Made by a program: the position numbers and the translations under genes. A model generated the notes under the pieces. That model had not been told where the DNA came from, did not search any database, and saw nothing but the letters and a program-made list of their open reading frames with translations. From Patescibacteria group bacterium (GTDB taxonomy: Bacteria > Patescibacteriota > Patescibacteriia > Magasanikbacterales > GWA2-37-8), in NCBI GenBank assembly GCA_028705565.1, contig JAQWDH010000005.1, positions 5,803 through 69,802 of the forward strand: DNA of 64,000 bases, in the 5' to 3' direction. Below are positions 18,962 to 27,842 of this stretch, piece after piece (positions within the stretch are counted from its first letter, which is position 1; each line of letters opens with the position of its first letter).

Positions 18962-20266
18962 TTATTTTTCTTTTGTTTCTTTCGCTTTTTTTACTTTTTT
19001 CTTTTTGATCGTTTTTTCTTTGTCGGATTTTTTCAGTTCTTCATTTTTAACAGGAGCCGCTTCTTTATTTTCCGATTCAACAATTTCGTCAGTATTTTCT
19101 TCGCTGTCAATGCTTGAAACTTCGTTGTTCGTTCCGTCTTCTTTTACTTTTATATTCCAGCCGGTAAGCTGAGCCGCTAAGCGTACATTCTGTCCGCTAT
19201 GTCCGATTGCCAAAGAAAATTGATCCGGCGCGACAAACACATCGGCGTTTCTCGTTTTTTCGTTAAGCTCAACTTTCAATACCTTGGCTGGAGACAACGC
19301 GTTGGAAATATATTGTTTGGTGTCTTCGTTATATTGAATTATGTCAATTTTTTCTCCGCCAAGTTCCTCAATAATGGTATTGATTCTCCCTCCGCGCTGA
19401 CCAATACAAGAACCGATTGGGTCAATTGATTCGTCTTTTGAAGCGACAGCGACTTTTGAACGCCATCCGGCGTCTCTCGCGACGCCTTTGATTTCAATTT
19501 TGTCTTCGCCGACTTCGGGAATTTCCTGTTTAAAAATTTCGCGCACCAAACCTTCATTGCTGCGTGATAAAATTATCTCCGGTCCGCGCGGAGTCATATC
19601 CACGAATAAAATTAAAACTTTCACGCGGCTTCCTGGACGAAGCCGTTCTTTCATAATTTGTTCTTCCGGAGGAATAATGCCAGAAATTTTTCCCAAATCA
19701 ATCCGCGCTCTGTTGCCTTCAATCTGTTGAACGATGCCTGTGACAATTTTTCCTTCCTGCGATTTGTAATCGCCAAAAACCATATTTCTCTCCGCTTCTC
19801 TCAATTTTTGTATAACAACCTGTTTCGCTGTTTGCGCCGCCATGCGTCCGAAATCGCCTGGAATTTCAAGGGGAATTTCCAGCACATCGCCAATTTTAAC
19901 TTTTTTATCAATTTCTTTCGCAGCCGCGAACATAATCTCTGTTTTAATGTTGAATCGCGGCAAATCAGCTGTTTCTTCTTCCGTAAGTTCACGATTTTCT
20001 TCGCGGGCTTTTTCTCTTCTTGCTGTTAATTCCTCCTGAGCCGCGAGCAAATTTTCTTCGCTAACGTCATCAACAACAGTTTTTACATCCCAAACCTTAA
20101 TATCGCCCTTCTCGGGGTCAAATTTCGCCTTGATGTTTTGTTGTTTATTGCCAAAATCCTTGCGATAAGCAGCGGCCAAAGCCGTTTCTATGGTTTCAAG
20201 CACGGATTCATAAGATAAATTTTTCTCAGCGCAAATTGACTGAATCGCTTTTGTTATTTCCGACAT
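18962..20266 (-). CDS. nusA: Transcription termination/antitermination factor NusA
   Basis: 434 aa; S1 and tandem KH domains, acidic Lys-rich C-terminal tail. Confidence 0.9.
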   Translation of the reverse strand: MSEITKAIQSICAEKNLSYESVLETIETALAAAYRKDFGNKQQNIKAKFDPEKGDIKVWDVKTVVDDVSEENLLAAQEELTARREKAREENRELTEEETADLPRFNIKTEIMFAAAKEIDKKVKIGDVLEIPLEIPGDFGRMAAQTAKQVVIQKLREAERNMVFGDYKSQEGKIVTGIVQQIEGNRARIDLGKISGIIPPEEQIMKERLRPGSRVKVLILFVDMTPRGPEIILSRSNEGLVREIFKQEIPEVGEDKIEIKGVARDAGWRSKVAVASKDESIDPIGSCIGQRGGRINTIIEELGGEKIDIIQYNEDTKQYISNALSPAKVLKVELNEKTRNADVFVAPDQFSLAIGHSGQNVRLAAQLTGWNIKVKEDGTNNEVSSIDSEENTDEIVESENKEAAPVKNEELKKSDKEKTIKKKKVKKAKETKEK

Positions 20267-20424
20267 ATATTTAAGTTAAAATTATTAATAATATAATAGC
20301 ACAAATGACGTATTTAATGAAGAAAGAGCGTCGTATGAACGCTCTTAATAATATATAGAATAGCAAAAAATAAAATTTTTGTCAATATTGCTTGGGTTGT
20401 CCTACCGGCAAGCAGGTCTCTCCA

Positions 20425-20733
20425 TTACTGTAATTTGAGGAGTTCAGAGAGAGCTACTATTTCTCTTTCTAAAAATAGCTTTTTTTCCACATAATCGCTT
20501 TTTGCCTTTGGATCTTTCTCCTCCTTTATTTTTTCACATAACTCCTCTCGGAGTTTGTAAAGCTTTTCAATTTCTTCTTTATCTTTTTCGCCACTAGACC
20601 AAGAAATTGCTATGTCCAATTTTTCTTCCTCTACTTTATTTTTTGGATTTGGATTTAGCTCATCTAAATAATTTTTAAGTTCATCCTCAATCTCAATAAA
20701 ATCCTCTGTTTCATTTGGTTTTTTATTTGTCAT
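20425..20733 (-). CDS. Hypothetical acidic coiled-coil protein
   Basis: 102 aa ORF, no recognisable domain. Confidence 0.35.
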   Translation of the reverse strand: MTNKKPNETEDFIEIEDELKNYLDELNPNPKNKVEEEKLDIAISWSSGEKDKEEIEKLYKLREELCEKIKEEKDPKAKSDYVEKKLFLEREIVALSELLKLQ

Positions 20734-20862
20734 TTTTTTCTCCCTTTTTTAATCTTTTTTTTATATTTTAAAGGACCGCTTAATTTAAATTAAACCATAT
20801 TTAAAAAATTTGGTCAATCGCCTGTACAATACAGGACTGTCGCCGAATGTGTTTGTCATTCC

Positions 20863-20992
20863 GACCATAGCGAAGCGAAGTGGAGGAATCCCTCTTACGG
20901 TCAATGGACGACTGGCGACAGACGACGGACAGACAAAAGGGATTCCTCCACTCATTTCATTCGGTCGGAATGACAGAATGAAATGATTTTTG
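20863..20992. repeat. Palindromic MITE-like element (gtcattccgacc...ggtcggaatgac; inner gtggaggaatccc...gggattcctccac)
   Basis: Outer and inner inverted repeats read directly; ORF-track ORF 20785..21012 lies inside it. Confidence 0.8.
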
Positions 20993-21031
20993 TTATTCGG
21001 CGACAGCCTCAATACACATTCAGTGAAAGGT

Positions 21032-21877
21032 CTATCTTATCACAACATCCCCTTCTTCGTCTGTCCGCAAAATATCGGCTCCGGCGCGTTCAAGTCGGCG
21101 CATGGCCCTCAAAGAAGGATGACCGAATTTATTTTTACCGACTGAGATAATCGCCGTATCCGGACTTACAACTTCAAGTAAAATTTCGCCTGTTGAACTG
21201 TCGCTTCCGTGATGCCCGACTTTTAAAATCTCCGCTTCAAGTTCCGGACAATCGTCCGCCGACTCGCCGCAATATTTTTCAACCAACGCTTTTTCCAAAA
21301 TTTCTTCCATATCTCCGGCAAACAAAACCGACGTAAAAGAATTCGTAAATTTAAAAACCACCGACCGATTATTATTGTCCGCGTTTTTCAAATCCAAACT
21401 CAACGAATCGTCAGGAGCCAAAAATTCAAATTTATTTCCTTCCAAATTCCAAACTTCCGGCTTTATTATTGTTGTAATTTTTTCAACTTCTTTTTTAGCC
21501 GTATTGTCCCACGCCACCCAAAATTGGTCGTCTTTTTTTTCTGTTCCGTTGGTAACAATATTTTTTACTTCGTATCTTTTTAAAACATCAACGCATCCTC
21601 CGTAATGGTCGGTGTCAGGATGGGAAATTATCAAATAATCAATTTCTCTGTCAAAAAAAGGCAGGTACTTGCCAAGCTTGGATAAAATTTTTCTGTCCTG
21701 TCCGCAGTCAACCAAAATTTTTGTTCCGCTTTCCAAACGAATCAAAGCCGCGTCTCCCTGTCCAACATTAAAAAATACGATGCTGAATTTTTTATCGCCT
21801 GAAAAAAAATGAATATACGTCAAAAGCCCGATTGTGAGTAATAATAAAATCAATAAAACGATAGGTATTTTACGCAT
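21032..21877 (-). CDS. Metallo-beta-lactamase fold protein, ComEC C-terminal-domain-like, with own N-terminal TM anchor
   Basis: 281 aa; HPDTDHYGG and GHHGSDSS MBL motifs; signal/TM MRKIPIVLLILLLLTIGLL. Confidence 0.7.
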   Translation of the reverse strand: MRKIPIVLLILLLLTIGLLTYIHFFSGDKKFSIVFFNVGQGDAALIRLESGTKILVDCGQDRKILSKLGKYLPFFDREIDYLIISHPDTDHYGGCVDVLKRYEVKNIVTNGTEKKDDQFWVAWDNTAKKEVEKITTIIKPEVWNLEGNKFEFLAPDDSLSLDLKNADNNNRSVVFKFTNSFTSVLFAGDMEEILEKALVEKYCGESADDCPELEAEILKVGHHGSDSSTGEILLEVVSPDTAIISVGKNKFGHPSLRAMRRLERAGADILRTDEEGDVVIR

Positions 21878-21892
21878 AATTCATTATAAGTT

Positions 21893-22498
21893 TCACTTTC
21901 TTGCCACTATTATTTGGTTTATCCATACGCCGCTTTCCTTAATAAAAATTTCTTTTTCAATTTTAAAAGCCAACAATTCCAAAATTTCTATAATTCTATC
22001 CGGACGATGATAAAATGATTCAATTTTAATTTTGCCATCTTTTGTATTAATCTCAGGAGGGTCTTTTTGATTGATGTTCGTAATGAGCAGACGACCTCTG
22101 TTTTTTAACACGCGATACGCTTCATCAAAAAATCTTTTTGGATTTTTCAAATGCACGATTAGAAATTCCGCAGCCACCAAATCAAATTCTTCATCCGCAA
22201 AAGGCATGCTCTCCGCACCTCCCAACGCGGTGATGATTTTTTTATTTTTTCTTTGCAAAATTTTAAGCATTTGTTCCGAAACGTCCAAAGCCGTAACTAT
22301 CGCGCCTTTTTTTGCCAATTCAACAGCCAACCTCCCTGTTCCGGCTCCGACATCAAGAATTTTTTTGCCATTAACATCTTCAAACAAAGGAACTGTTTTT
22401 CCTTGTTCAAAACTGTTAAGATATTTTTCTTTTTTATCATAGTTCTCGGCCGCCAAATCATATCCTGCGCGAGAAGATAAAAATTTAATTTTTGACAT
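21893..22498 (-). CDS. Class I SAM-dependent methyltransferase
   Basis: 201 aa; motif I ILDVGAGTGRLAVELAKKGAIVTALDVSEQM. Confidence 0.75.
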   Translation of the reverse strand: MSKIKFLSSRAGYDLAAENYDKKEKYLNSFEQGKTVPLFEDVNGKKILDVGAGTGRLAVELAKKGAIVTALDVSEQMLKILQRKNKKIITALGGAESMPFADEEFDLVAAEFLIVHLKNPKRFFDEAYRVLKNRGRLLITNINQKDPPEINTKDGKIKIESFYHRPDRIIEILELLAFKIEKEIFIKESGVWINQIIVARK

Positions 22499-23999
22499 AT
22501 AATAATTTGTTTACCACCCAAACAATAAACCCGTATATTGCGACCATTCCCCACCACGGAAGAAAAAAATCCATCGCGGATAAATTCCAACCGCCTATTT
22601 TTTCCGCTATCATTATAACATAATTCAAACCGATGCCCACAATCCAGGCGACAACTTGCCCGAAAGGAAACCAAACAAAACTCAAAACAACAGCCAAAAA
22701 ACCGAAAAACATCAAATAAGGAACAATCCACAAAATCAAAACATTGGCTACCGGAGCGATCGCGGATAATCGACCGAATTGAAATAAAATCAGAGGCAAG
22801 GTGGCGATAATGGCGGAAAAAGTCGGAGCTAAAATTTGTTTAAACAACGAGGATTTGTTTTTTCCACCTAAAAACGGACTTAGATAAACGATTCCGGCGG
22901 TTGCCAAAAAAGACAACTGAAATCCCGCGTCCCAAACAAGAACATACGGATTAAACAAAAGCATCAACGCCGCCGCCAAAGCCAAAACATATCCTACGCG
23001 CGATAATCTGCCTAAACGCTCGGCGATTAAAAGCACAACACCCATAATTCCGGCGCGCATAACCGAAGCTGAAGCGCCAGTAAAAATGACAAAAACGCAA
23101 ATACCAAAAATCGCAAGCCAAAAAGCTTGACGCCTGTATAATCCGGCTGAAACCAAAAAAATCATAAAAGCCGCGGCAATAATGTTTATATTATAACCTG
23201 ACACAGCGACAATATGCGAAATGCCGGCTCTATTAAAATTTTCTTTCAAATCATCGGGTATTCCGGAACGCGCGCCGTAAAGCAATCCTGATAAAAGTCC
23301 GCTGTCCGGTTCAGGCCATAATTTTTCTATCTGTTCGTTTATCCTAGTTTTTAACCGTAAAATATTTTTTAAAACAAAATTTCCCTCGTCCGCGCCGATT
23401 TTTTCAATTTTCGCGTTTACGCATATTGACCAAATTCCGTCTTTCGCCAAATATCTGTCGTATCTGAAATTTCCATCAGGACTGTTTCGCGGACTTTTCA
23501 AATCGCACGATATTTTTAACTTATCTCCATATTCGTAGCGTGGATACAACAGGCCTTCAACTAACGCGCGTCCGGAAACTTTTTTATTGGAAGACGCTTC
23601 TAAATCATAAATAAATTCTGTTTTAATAATATATTTAACGCTGTCAGGACGGATGTCCGGCTCGCCCACCACCCAACCTATGATTTTTCCTCTCTCTCCG
23701 TTGTAATATAAAATGTTTTTCGCGTCTCCGGATGGAACGCTAATAAAAAAACGAATAGCTCCCAAAACAAAAAATAAAACGCAAAAAAACAAAAATCTGC
23801 TGTTTATATTTTTCCAAAAAATCGCAATCGCGAAAACCAAACACCAAAAAACAACAAATAAATAAAATAAAATATTTTTTTCAATGTCCGAATAAGAAAA
23901 AATGCCGACTCCTGAAATAAAACAAAAACAGAGCATAAGAAATGCCCCGCTTTTTGAATTGATAATTTTTTCAACAACATTCTCTTTCCGAAATGTCAT
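22485..23999 (-). CDS. comEC: ComEC/Rec2 DNA-uptake channel, membrane domains only (DUF4131 + competence domain)
   Basis: 504 aa polytopic; OB-fold-like N-region and competence-domain helices; MBL domain encoded separately at 21032..21877. Confidence 0.65.
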   Translation of the reverse strand: MTFRKENVVEKIINSKSGAFLMLCFCFISGVGIFSYSDIEKNILFYLFVVFWCLVFAIAIFWKNINSRFLFFCVLFFVLGAIRFFISVPSGDAKNILYYNGERGKIIGWVVGEPDIRPDSVKYIIKTEFIYDLEASSNKKVSGRALVEGLLYPRYEYGDKLKISCDLKSPRNSPDGNFRYDRYLAKDGIWSICVNAKIEKIGADEGNFVLKNILRLKTRINEQIEKLWPEPDSGLLSGLLYGARSGIPDDLKENFNRAGISHIVAVSGYNINIIAAAFMIFLVSAGLYRRQAFWLAIFGICVFVIFTGASASVMRAGIMGVVLLIAERLGRLSRVGYVLALAAALMLLFNPYVLVWDAGFQLSFLATAGIVYLSPFLGGKNKSSLFKQILAPTFSAIIATLPLILFQFGRLSAIAPVANVLILWIVPYLMFFGFLAVVLSFVWFPFGQVVAWIVGIGLNYVIMIAEKIGGWNLSAMDFFLPWWGMVAIYGFIVWVVNKLLYVKN

Positions 24000-26900
24000 A
24001 CCACAATGCTAACCAATTTTCCTTTTACATAAATTATTTTTTTCGGCTCTTTGCCTTCCAGCCATTTTTGAATTTTTTCACTCGCGAGCGCTTGTTTTTT
24101 AGCTTCTTCTTCGCTTATCTCCGCTGGCGCGATTAAACTATCGCGAACCTTGCCGTTCACCTGCACAACCAAAATAATTTCGTTCTCCATTGCCGATTTG
24201 GCGTCATATTCAGGCCATTTTTCAAAAATTACGCTTTTTTTATGCCCCAACAAACTCCAGATTTCTTCGCAAAAATGCGGGGCGAACGGCGATAATATCT
24301 TAATAAATAAAGAATAATGTTCAATTGATATTGTTTCTTGTTTTGATAATTCATTTGCTAACTCCATCATTTTCGCGATAGCCGTGTTAAAGCGCATCGC
24401 TTCAATGTCTTCGGTGACTTTTTTTATTGTTTGATGAAGCACAGATGTTATTTTGTCATTGCGAGGATTCGCCCAGGGCGAAGATGAAGCAATCCCGTCA
24501 TTTTTTTGTTTAGTTTTGCTTTTAACGACACGGTCAAAAAGAAACCACACTTTCTCCAAAAATCTTTTAGTTCCAACCAATCCGTTGGTATTCCAAGCGC
24601 ACGGCTGACTGAAGGGACCCATAAACATTTCATAAACGCGCATCGCGTCAGCTCCAAATTCCTTTACCACATCGTCCGGGTTTATCACGTTTCCCCAACG
24701 TTTGCTCATCTTGCGACCGTCTTCGGCTAAAATCAATCCGACGCTTTGTAATTTTTCAAACGGCTCTTCTTTATTAACAACGCCGATATCATATAAAAAT
24801 TTATGCCAAAAACGAGCGTAAATAAGATGACGCGTGGCGTGCTCGGCTCCACCGACATAAAAATCAACCGGAAGCCACCAATCAAACGCTTTACTGTAAT
24901 TGGAAATTGGAAAATTGCCTGCCTGCCGGTAGGCAGGGAAATTGGAAATTTTTTTCATGATATACGCGAGATAATACCAACACGACCCAGCCCATTGGGG
25001 CATCGTGTTGGTTTCTCGTTTCGCCGGTCCTCCGCATTTAGGACATTTTACGTTCACCCATTTTTGAATTCCGGCAAGCGGCGACTCGCCCGTGCCTGTC
25101 GGAACATAAGATTTCACATTAGGAAGCTTTATCGGCAATTTATCTTCCGGTATCGCCATCCAACCCGGATTTAATCGTTCACCATTGGAAATTGTCTCCT
25201 TTCGGGAGATATCCTGTGGGAGAAAATTTTCCATTGATTTTTTACACGCTGGGCAAAAAATCAATGGTATTGGTTCTCCCCAATAACGTTGTCTGGAAAA
25301 AACCCAATCGCGCAATTTATAATTTATTTTCCGTTCCCCATATTTTTTGTCTTCCAACCATTTGATTATTTTTTCTTTCGCCTCTTTGGTTGATAAACCG
25401 TCCAAAAATGTTGAATTAACCGACAGTCCATCGCCCGTATAAGCGCTATTTTTTACGAATTTTTCAAAAAGATAATGATGCAGAGGGTCTTTTACTTTTT
25501 CATCCGCTTCTTTTTCAGTTATCCATTCCAATTTGAATTTGTCTTTTTCCTTATCTGTTAAATTTTGCCCTCCATTTTTTTCGTCAGACAATTCAAAAAA
25601 CAAACCGACTGCTTCTATTTCACGATTTACATTTTTAGAGGCGGCAAAATAATGATGATGAATTTTTTCCGATTCGGCTATTAATTTTACATTTTTATAT
25701 CCTGTTTCTTCTTCAATTTCCCTTTGAGCGCATTTAACCGCGTCCTCTCCGTCTTTTAATCCTCCGCCGATAAATAAATTTCCTCCAAATTTTTCGCCCC
25801 AATTCAAAGAAAGAAGTTTATTGTTTTTTGGGTCGCGCACCAATGCCACGATACTGCGACGAAATTCCTCATTGTCTTTTTTCTGTCCGGTAATCGGCTC
25901 TACCACGGTTTTAATCGGCAATCCGTATTTTTTCGCGAATTCCATATCTCTGTCGTCATGCGCCGGCACGGCCATAACAGCTCCGGCGCCATAACCTCCG
26001 ATTACATAATCGGCGACAAAAATAGGCAATTCCTCGCCGTTGACCGGATTTATCGCTTTAATACCTTTAATTTCAACGCCGGTTTTGTCTTTTTGCAGTT
26101 CGCTTCGTTCCAAAACCGTTTTGTGTTTTGCTTTTTCAACATACGCGGCTATGTCAGCGAAATTTTCAATTTTCCTGCCTACCGGTTTACATACCGTAGG
26201 TATGTTTACATACCGTAGGTATGCAGGGAGACAATTTTCAATTAAAGAATGCTCAGGGGCGACAACAACATAAGTCGCGCCGAATAAAGTATCCGGACGA
26301 GTGGTAAAAACCTCCAAAATGTCATTGCGAGGAATTCCCGAAGGGGATGACGAAGCAATCCCACTGTTACCATTATAATTGTTATAAGATTGCTTCGCTT
26401 CACTCGCAATGACAAAACGCACTGTCGCTCCTTCGCTTCTGCCAATCCAATTTTTTTGCATTTCCTTAATCGCTTCAGGCCAATTTTTCAATTTATCCAA
26501 ATCATTTAACAGCCGTTCGGCGTAATCGGTAATTTTTAACACCCATTGTCTCATTGGCTTCTGCTCAACAGCGGAACCGCAACGCTCGCATTTTCCATCC
26601 TCCAAATCCTCATTTGCCAAACCTGTCTGGCACGACGGACACCAATTTATCGGAGCGTATGATTCATAAGCCAAACCTTTTTTAAACATTTGCAAAAACA
26701 TCCATTGCGTCCATTTATAATATTCCGGATCCGTTGTATTTATTTCCCTGCTCCAATCATAAGTAAAACCCAAAAGTCCAAGCTGTTTTTTGAATATCTT
26801 GATATTTTTTTCAGTCGCTACGCGTGGATGAACTTTATTTTTAATGGCGTAATTTTCCGCCGGCAAACCGAAAGCGTCCCATCCCATCGGATGCAAAACA

Positions 26901-27115
26901 TTAAACCCCTGCATTTGTTTCATTCTGGCGATGACATCGGTGGCGATATAACCTTTCGGATGCCCGACATGCAAACCGGCTCCGGAAGGATACGGAAACA
27001 TATCCAAAATATAATACTTCGGCTTGTCAAAAGTTTTTTTGGTTTGAAAAAGTTTTTTCTTTTCCCAATATCTCTGCCACTTTTTCTCAATTTTTTCCGG
27101 ATTATAATTTTTCAT
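23996..27115 (-). CDS. leuS: Leucyl-tRNA synthetase with NUDIX-domain insertion and two in-frame palindromic-element insertions
   Basis: HVGHP, NWIGRSEGATVRF, AHDDRDMEFAKKYGLPI, KLRDWVFSRQRYWGEPIP, VGGAEHATRHLIYARFW, KMSKRWGN motifs; 1039 aa vs typical about 820-860. Confidence 0.9.
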   Translation of the reverse strand: MKNYNPEKIEKKWQRYWEKKKLFQTKKTFDKPKYYILDMFPYPSGAGLHVGHPKGYIATDVIARMKQMQGFNVLHPMGWDAFGLPAENYAIKNKVHPRVATEKNIKIFKKQLGLLGFTYDWSREINTTDPEYYKWTQWMFLQMFKKGLAYESYAPINWCPSCQTGLANEDLEDGKCERCGSAVEQKPMRQWVLKITDYAERLLNDLDKLKNWPEAIKEMQKNWIGRSEGATVRFVIASEAKQSYNNYNGNSGIASSSPSGIPRNDILEVFTTRPDTLFGATYVVVAPEHSLIENCLPAYLRYVNIPTVCKPVGRKIENFADIAAYVEKAKHKTVLERSELQKDKTGVEIKGIKAINPVNGEELPIFVADYVIGGYGAGAVMAVPAHDDRDMEFAKKYGLPIKTVVEPITGQKKDNEEFRRSIVALVRDPKNNKLLSLNWGEKFGGNLFIGGGLKDGEDAVKCAQREIEEETGYKNVKLIAESEKIHHHYFAASKNVNREIEAVGLFFELSDEKNGGQNLTDKEKDKFKLEWITEKEADEKVKDPLHHYLFEKFVKNSAYTGDGLSVNSTFLDGLSTKEAKEKIIKWLEDKKYGERKINYKLRDWVFSRQRYWGEPIPLIFCPACKKSMENFLPQDISRKETISNGERLNPGWMAIPEDKLPIKLPNVKSYVPTGTGESPLAGIQKWVNVKCPKCGGPAKRETNTMPQWAGSCWYYLAYIMKKISNFPAYRQAGNFPISNYSKAFDWWLPVDFYVGGAEHATRHLIYARFWHKFLYDIGVVNKEEPFEKLQSVGLILAEDGRKMSKRWGNVINPDDVVKEFGADAMRVYEMFMGPFSQPCAWNTNGLVGTKRFLEKVWFLFDRVVKSKTKQKNDGIASSSPWANPRNDKITSVLHQTIKKVTEDIEAMRFNTAIAKMMELANELSKQETISIEHYSLFIKILSPFAPHFCEEIWSLLGHKKSVIFEKWPEYDAKSAMENEIILVVQVNGKVRDSLIAPAEISEEEAKKQALASEKIQKWLEGKEPKKIIYVKGKLVSIVV
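24455..24496. repeat. Palindromic element inserted in-frame in leuS, 42 bp, encodes GIASSSPWANPRND
   Basis: gtcattgcgagg-attcgcccagggcgaa-gatgaagcaatccc; length divisible by 3; ORF continuous through it. Confidence 0.75.
25440..25860 (-). other. NUDIX hydrolase domain embedded in LeuRS between the editing domain and the KLRDW segment
   Basis: Nudix box GGLKDGEDAVKCAQREIEEETGY fits Gx5Ex7REUxEExGU, at about 25698-25769; preceded by RSIVALVRDPKNNKLLSL. Confidence 0.7.
26321..26413. repeat. Palindromic element inserted in-frame in leuS, 93 bp, encodes ...YNGNSGIASSSPSGIPRNDI
   Basis: gtcattgcgag...cgaagcaatc / gattgcttcg...ctcgcaatgac inverted repeats; 31 codons; sits just after the NWIGRSEGATVRF start of the CP1 domain. 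Confidence 0.8.
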
Positions 27116-27251
27116 GCAATTAATGTTATCTTTTTAATTTTATCCAAAATAAACAAAAAAAGCAACCCTTATATTGACAACGCCCAATTTATATGCCAAA
27201 ATTAAATAGCTCTTTAAAAAAATAAATAGCTTGCCTACCAAGGAGGAAAAA

Positions 27252-27356
27252 ATGAATACAACGACAGCATTACTCTATTTCCTTTTAATCTTAACAATTG
27301 CCGCCCTACTTACATTGGCGACGATTGAAATTTACAACACATATTTTCTTTATTAG
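27252..27356 (+). CDS. Small single-TM peptide 1 (34 aa) MNTTTALLYFLLILTIAALLTLATIEIYNTYFLY
   Basis: Own translation; perfect SD aaggagg 6 nt upstream; below 60-aa ORF-track cutoff. Confidence 0.5.
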   Translation: MNTTTALLYFLLILTIAALLTLATIEIYNTYFLY

Positions 27357-27366
27357 GAGGTAAAAA

Positions 27367-27516
27367 ATGAAAAAGGTGTTAAAAGGAATACTTATTTTTT
27401 TTGCTTTTTTATTATTAACAATTCCGATTGTCCTTATATACTGGGTATTCTGCCCTGTATATAGTAAACGTCTATTGGAAGAATTAGAATTAGACAAGGA
27501 GGAAAGAAATGTTTGA
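27367..27516 (+). CDS. Small single-TM peptide 2 (49 aa) MKKVLKGILIFFAFLLLTIPIVLIYWVFCPVYSKRLLEELELDKEERNV
   Basis: SD taggagg upstream; TM helix plus charged C-terminal tail. Confidence 0.55.
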   Translation: MKKVLKGILIFFAFLLLTIPIVLIYWVFCPVYSKRLLEELELDKEERNV

Positions 27517-27667
27517 TAATATTTACACAAATTTTGTTTTTATTTTAACTGCTGTTAGTATTATTTCTTACATTATTTTCAAAGCCGTATCATATATTGC
27601 GGCTTGGAGAATAAAAAAATTCACTGAAAAAATAATTAAAGAGGAGGAAAAAAATGCCTCCAAATAA
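27509..27667 (+). CDS. Small single-TM peptide 3 (52 aa) MFDNIYTNFVFILTAVSIISYIIFKAVSYIAAWRIKKFTEKIIKEEEKNASK
   Basis: SD aaggagg at 27496-27502; start overlaps stop of peptide 2 (atgtttga), translational coupling. Confidence 0.55.
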   Translation: MFDNIYTNFVFILTAVSIISYIIFKAVSYIAAWRIKKFTEKIIKEEEKNASK

Positions 27668-27797
27668 TAATATAAATTTAATTTTTAATTCTCTAGTAGA
27701 GGTTTCTAAAAACCTCTTAATGGGGATAATCGTAATTATTGCCGCGATTATTGTGATGGTCGCGGTAATAACTATCATGGAAAAAATTAAAAATTAA
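27654..27797 (+). CDS. Small single-TM peptide 4 (47 aa) MPPNNNINLIFNSLVEVSKNLLMGIIVIIAAIIVMVAVITIMEKIKN
   Basis: SD gaggagg at 27641-27647; start overlaps the 3' end of peptide 3. Confidence 0.55.
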   Translation: MPPNNNINLIFNSLVEVSKNLLMGIIVIIAAIIVMVAVITIMEKIKN

Positions 27798-27806
27798 ATA
27801 ACAAAA

Positions 27807-27836
27807 AGCGAGCCAAGGTCGGCTCGCTCTTTTAAT
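27807..27836. terminator. Rho-independent terminator agcgagcc-aaggtc-ggctcgct followed by T-run; bidirectional (gdhA ends at 27843)
   Basis: 8-bp GC-rich stem followed by cttttaatt. Confidence 0.7.
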
Positions 27837-27842
27837 TATATT

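Noticed and set aside
20785-21012. ORF-track ORF (75 aa, minus) between the hypothetical gene and the MBL gene
   Set aside because: Lies entirely within the palindromic MITE-like element 20863-20992. The reading frame is an artefact of the GC-rich palindrome.
27306-27778. ORF-track minus-strand ORFs 27306..27530 and 27590..27778
   Set aside because: Antisense to the four plus-strand micro-ORFs, which have perfect SDs and coupling. The minus ORFs lack start context and are AT-rich low-complexity translations.
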